Positions 24,162 to 27,047 of a DNA stretch of 27,047 bases are shown here, piece after piece (position 1 is the first letter of the stretch; each line of letters opens with the position of its first letter). Location of the stretch: positions 1 through 27,047 of IMG/VR virus record IMGVR_UViG_3300044642_000285; one strand, given 5' to 3'. A program made the position numbers and the translations under genes. The stretch comes from a virus (lineage: Duplodnaviria; Caudoviricetes). The notes beneath the pieces were generated by a model. The model did not search any database and was not told the DNA's origin. It saw only the letters and a program-made list of their open reading frames with translations.

Positions 24162-27047
24162 TTAATTAGAGCCTTTGAATAAATCAATGGCCTTTGTAAC
24201 TTTAGATTCAATATTTGCCTTGTCTGTTGCAGACATTTTATCATAGACATTAATTGGATTAAGTCTTATTTCTGTATTAGCAATATTTTCATTTAAAATC
24301 CAAAACTTACTAATTTGTGATACGCTATCATCTGATAGTGAACTCATTCTTTGTGACCATCTATTAACCATCATGGTTACAACATCAGAGAACGAATCAA
24401 AAACCGCATTAGGGTGATTCTTACTTGAACAATAGAAATTTTTGTTAGTGTCAAAGTATGTCTCAGACCCTCCCCAATTTTGGTCTATAGTAATTCCACC
24501 AAAGTTATTTTCGTAAGTTGTTAACCCAGTACCATCATTTGATGCCAAATAAATTGTAGAGAATATTACTTTTTGTAATTTTACATTACTAGTCAGACCC
24601 TTAATAGTCGTTATTGCGGTTTTAAATGTTATTGTAGTCTTTGTTGGCCCTGTTAAAGGTTTCCATGTTGCGTATTTAGAATCAGGTTGACAAGTCTCTT
24701 CAATCGTATTATTTATTGTTGTACTATCTTTATCACTAGATTGAGTAACAACATTATCTGTTTGACCAAGAACATTAGTACTTCGACTCTTTTCGGCTTC
24801 AGCACGTTTCTGAGTATCAAGTTTATTCTTTTCGATAATAGATTGTAATAAATTAGTTTTTAAAGTTTGTAAGTAATTATCAATTTTAGGTAATGACGCC
24901 GTTGGTTGTCTAATACCATCAATAATAGTTTCAAAACTACCAGGTGATATACTATGATTAACACTTGTAATCATATAAGGACCACTAAACATAGGTACGT
25001 ATCTTAAATTGAAGTACATTGTTGGTTGTATCATCGCGTTGCCCATCATAGACACTGTACAAGAATAACTTCTATTTTTGTATAAGTTATATAACGAGTT
25101 GCTTTGTGTGGAACCACCTCTATTACCCCCTTGATTTGCCATTTGATTTAAAACTTCAAGAGATTCTGCGGTTGCTTGTCCCGCATCTTGAGAAACTGTA
25201 AACCCATAAAACATAGATTGGTTTTGAGGCCCAATATCAACGTTAAATCCTACAACCTTATTAGATTTGTCCCAATCATTCTTGTTAGTTAAATCTTCAA
25301 CTAACGGATTATCACTAGCCCTTCTTAAATCAAACGCATCATTTCTATATCTAAAATCAACATTGTTTTTTAAATCTAATTGTTCACTCGGTTTACCTCC
25401 AAAAAAACAAACCATTTTAGCACTAGATTCTCTATAGTCAACATTCATAAAAGTACCGAATAGTGTATTAGCAAACTCTAAAGTACCTTCTACTTTTGGC
25501 TTTGGGTTTTTAACCGCATCCTGAACATTATAGAAATTAACATATGACGGTAAATTCATTACAACAAAGTTATTCTCAACCAATATTGATTGTACAAAAC
25601 TAAGCATTGTTGCTTTTGGGTTTATATTAATTAATCTGTTTTTTAATTTAAAAACATCAACTAATATCTTATCACCAATATTTCTACTCGCTCTATCCAA
25701 TAATAAAACATCTTCAAACAATGTTTTAGTCTTAAAGTCATTCCCCGAAATCCACTTATCATTAATCGCCTTGAATGATTCCCATAATTCGACCTTTGTT
25801 TGAGGTCCTTCTAAAACAGAATCGATTGTTGATTGTGGAGTATTATTAACATTAGGTAAAGCCTGTTGTAATTTAATAATTAAATTGTTAAATATTTTAT
25901 TTTTAAAATCTAAGGAGTCTTTTAGATACTCATCCATTAACCCAATAAATTTTGTTTTATTCATAGTAGACTCTTTTAGTTTTTGAGTCGCATAAATTTT
26001 AACTATCGGTGAAAAATTAATTATATTATCTACGGTAAACGAAATGTTTAAGTCAACAAAAAAGTCAGTAATATACGAACCATTGTCCCCATAATCCAAT
26101 TGTGGTATTTCAGAAAACCCAATGTATGTTTCTAAAGCTCTCCACTCATTAGGGTATAAACTTTTTGATGATGATAAAGTAGTCGGCCCACCACTTACAG
26201 GAACGGCATTAGGGGTTGTTAATGAATATTTTTCCCAAGTATATGGGTCGGTAATATCATAGTTTGAGAATGTATAAAATAATTTCTTATCATAGTTAGA
26301 CGGATTACCATTTTTAAACGCAACATCAGTATTAATAAACCTTGTCAATAAATTAGTTATACTTGTAAGTTGTGCAGATTGAGCATTTCTAACATAATCT
26401 TCCCCTGTCGACCCTGTTATTTTAGGAACTTTCATTAATTCAATCATTAATAATTGAAAATTATAGAACGGTTTAGCGGTGTCTGAATTATCTGAACTAA
26501 TACTACTCATAGTATAGTCATACTTTGATTTTGAGAAGTTTAAAAATTCAACTTCAAATAAATCTAAAACATCTTTTTCAAACACAGAGAACATTTCACT
26601 AATATTTGAATACTGTGAAGTAACCCCATTTAATGAATAATTTTCTTGAAAGCTTTTTCCTGAGAAGATTTCTTTCATGTATTGAGATGGATTTGCCTTA
26701 ACTATTTTACTATTGTCAAAATATCCGTAATTAGGTGCCGTCCAAAAAGTTCTAACAGAACCATCATACATAGCTTTGTTACCCATAACTTCAAATTTTA
26801 TTTGACCTGTATTTGCATCAAAACATTCATTATTTGTTTGATTAACTAATGAACCTTGTGAAGGAAAAATAAATGAAGATATCCCATCTAAAGTATTAAC
26901 TGACACAGTCCAAGGAAATATTCTTAAATCTCTATTAGGTATTGACGTGTCAAATCCTTCGGATTTACTAATAATGGCGTTATCAACATAATTTAACGTA
27001 AAACCAGACTTAATACCCTCTCCAATTGCGGTACTAGTGTATGCTGA
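24162..27047 (-). CDS. Very large baseplate hub/tail protein (gp27/gpD-like module plus lysozyme-like C-terminal domain); 5'-partial, extends beyond the right edge
   Basis: The frame stays open for 47 further codons upstream of the GTG at 26906, to the window end. YSCTVSMMGNAMIQP..YF.L....FSGPYMITSVNHSISPGSFETIIDG matches the C-terminal barrel pattern of gpD/gp27/VgrG hubs. The last ~140 aa resemble GH73-type muramidases. Confidence 0.72.
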   Translation of the reverse strand, partial: SAYTSTAIGEGIKSGFTLNYVDNAIISKSEGFDTSIPNRDLRIFPWTVSVNTLDGISSFIFPSQGSLVNQTNNECFDANTGQIKFEVMGNKAMYDGSVRTFWTAPNYGYFDNSKIVKANPSQYMKEIFSGKSFQENYSLNGVTSQYSNISEMFSVFEKDVLDLFEVEFLNFSKSKYDYTMSSISSDNSDTAKPFYNFQLLMIELMKVPKITGSTGEDYVRNAQSAQLTSITNLLTRFINTDVAFKNGNPSNYDKKLFYTFSNYDITDPYTWEKYSLTTPNAVPVSGGPTTLSSSKSLYPNEWRALETYIGFSEIPQLDYGDNGSYITDFFVDLNISFTVDNIINFSPIVKIYATQKLKESTMNKTKFIGLMDEYLKDSLDFKNKIFNNLIIKLQQALPNVNNTPQSTIDSVLEGPQTKVELWESFKAINDKWISGNDFKTKTLFEDVLLLDRASRNIGDKILVDVFKLKNRLININPKATMLSFVQSILVENNFVVMNLPSYVNFYNVQDAVKNPKPKVEGTLEFANTLFGTFMNVDYRESSAKMVCFFGGKPSEQLDLKNNVDFRYRNDAFDLRRASDNPLVEDLTNKNDWDKSNKVVGFNVDIGPQNQSMFYGFTVSQDAGQATAESLEVLNQMANQGGNRGGSTQSNSLYNLYKNRSYSCTVSMMGNAMIQPTMYFNLRYVPMFSGPYMITSVNHSISPGSFETIIDGIRQPTASLPKIDNYLQTLKTNLLQSIIEKNKLDTQKRAEAEKSRSTNVLGQTDNVVTQSSDKDSTTINNTIEETCQPDSKYATWKPLTGPTKTTITFKTAITTIKGLTSNVKLQKVIFSTIYLASNDGTGLTTYENNFGGITIDQNWGGSETYFDTNKNFYCSSKNHPNAVFDSFSDVVTMMVNRWSQRMSSLSDDSVSQISKFWILNENIANTEIRLNPINVYDKMSATDKANIESKVTKAIDLFKGSN

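Noticed and set aside
26904-26906. GTG start for the 914-aa ORF
   Set aside because: The frame is open to the window end, so the true start lies outside the window.

Overview
A 27-kb, AT-rich, densely coding segment of a large tailed dsDNA phage with a myovirus-type baseplate and T4-like replication genes. All credible genes lie on the minus strand. In transcription order (right to left): (1) a very large, 5'-truncated baseplate-hub/tail protein ending in a degenerate lysozyme-like domain; (2) two small unknown genes; (3) a replication/recombination cassette with its own promoter and terminators: gp32-like SSB, RecA/UvsX, 5'-3' exonuclease, a 150-aa two-repeat protein, DnaB/gp41 helicase, nrdB, nrdA; (4) a tightly coupled baseplate operon: gp25-like, gp6/J-like wedge, a 1795-aa protein with a long hydrophobic segment, four unknown proteins (one with a PKD-like domain) and a 3'-truncated gpI/gp7-like wedge protein missing from the ORF track. 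The most unusual signals are non-coding. Two intergenic terminator-like hairpins (before recA and before gp25) each have an alternative pairing partner just upstream of the next start codon. There is also a recurring TATTTAT leader motif, a near-consensus sigma70 promoter in front of SD-less genes, and an apparent total absence of GATC and CCGG. No tRNA, rRNA, CRISPR array, intron, intein or mobile element was seen. All functional calls come from reading motifs by eye, not from database searches.
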